Positions 63,143 to 64,000 of a stretch of DNA of 64,000 nt are shown here, in pieces. This DNA comes from Azolla caroliniana. Its lineage: Eukaryota > Plantae > Polypodiophyta. Both the position numbers and the translations under genes were made by a program. The DNA lies in assembly GCA_043228905.1 (NCBI GenBank), contig JBHGNT010000060.1:62001-126000 (forward strand), in the 5' to 3' direction. Numbering within the stretch: the first letter of the stretch is position 1; each line of letters starts with the position of its first letter. The notes beneath the pieces were generated by a model, which made no database searches, had not been told where the DNA came from, and saw only the letters and a program-made list of their open reading frames with translations.

Positions 63143-64000
63143 GAGGAGGGACTTGAGAAGAGCCCATGAAGTCAATTAAAATGTTCATACCTGGCTCGTG
63201 TGATATCGGATTTTTGTGTTCAAACATGCGTATCGAAGCTAACAACGCTAGCTATGCTATAGAATAAAAAAATCAAGATTTTGAAACTCAGGTCGAGAGA
63301 CATGAAGAAATTAGCAAATTAGAGGAGGGACTTGAAAAGAGGCCGTGAGTCAATTAAAATGTTCATACCAGGCTCGTGTGATATCGGATTTTTGTGTTCA
63401 AACATGCGTATCGAAGCTAACAACGCTAGTTATGCTATAGAATTAAAAAATGAAGATTTTGAAACTCAGGTCGAGAGACATGAAGAAATTAGCACATTTG
63501 AGGAGGGACTTGAGAAGAGCCCATGAGTCAATTAAAATGTTCATACCTGGCTCTTGTGATATCGGATTTTTGTGTTCAAACATTCGTATCGAATCTAAGA
63601 ACGCTAGCTATGCTATAGAATTAAAAAATCCAGATTTTGAAACTCAGGTCGAGAGACATGAAGAAATTAGCACATTTGAGGAGGGACTTGAGAAGAGCCC
63701 ATGAGTCAATTAAAATGTTCATACCTGGCTCGTGTGATATCGGATTTTTGTGTTCAAACATGCGTATCGAAGCTAACAACGCTAGCTATGCTATAGAATA
63801 AAAAAATCAAGATTTTGAAACTCAGGTCGAGAGACATGAAGAAATTAGCAAATTAGAGGAGGGACTTGAAAAGAGGCCGTGAGTCAATTAAAATGTTCAT
63901 ACCAGGCTCGTGTGATATCGGATTTTTGTGTTCAAACATGCGTATCGAAGCTAACAACGCTAGTTATGCTATAGAATTAAAAAATGAAGATTTTGAAACT
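63140..64000 (+). repeat. 178-bp satellite array resumes after the retrotransposon (about 5 monomers, runs off the window)
   Basis: Same consensus and orientation, starting at tttgaggagggacttgagaag (monomer position ~152). Confidence 0.97.

Noticed and set aside
62210-63175. Domesticated PEG10/RTL1-like host gene
   Set aside because: The adjacent LTR, PPT, full integrase and satellite context indicate an ordinary transposon copy.
1-64000. 5S rRNA or tRNA tandem array
   Set aside because: The monomer shows no recognisable 5S or tRNA sequence or structure and no internal Pol III boxes.

Overview
This window is eukaryotic, probably centromeric or pericentromeric DNA. About 59 kb is a head-to-tail 178-bp satellite: roughly 327 monomers over 1-58170, resuming at about 63140-64000 in the same orientation. 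The monomers are mosaics of a few variant blocks, organised into recent higher-order duplications (44-, 13-, 11-, 10-, 8- and 3-mers). The only non-satellite DNA is a minus-strand Ty3/gypsy chromovirus-type LTR retrotransposon at 58171-~63142. It keeps its 3' LTR (463 bp), polypurine tract, an uninterrupted pol (PR-RT-RH-IN-chromodomain) and most of gag. Its 5' LTR, primer-binding site and gag start are replaced by satellite. Highlights: (1) a ten-unit heat-shock-element array abutting the LTR TATA box; (2) a -1 frameshift signal (GUUAAC-type heptamer GUUAAAC, an 11-bp stem and a possible pseudoknot); (3) a satellite-gag junction in frame with a satellite ORF except for one extra base; (4) a template-switch micro-inversion that marks array expansion. 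The many short ORFs in the track are artefacts of the satellite. Host and lineage assignments are inferences; no database search was possible.
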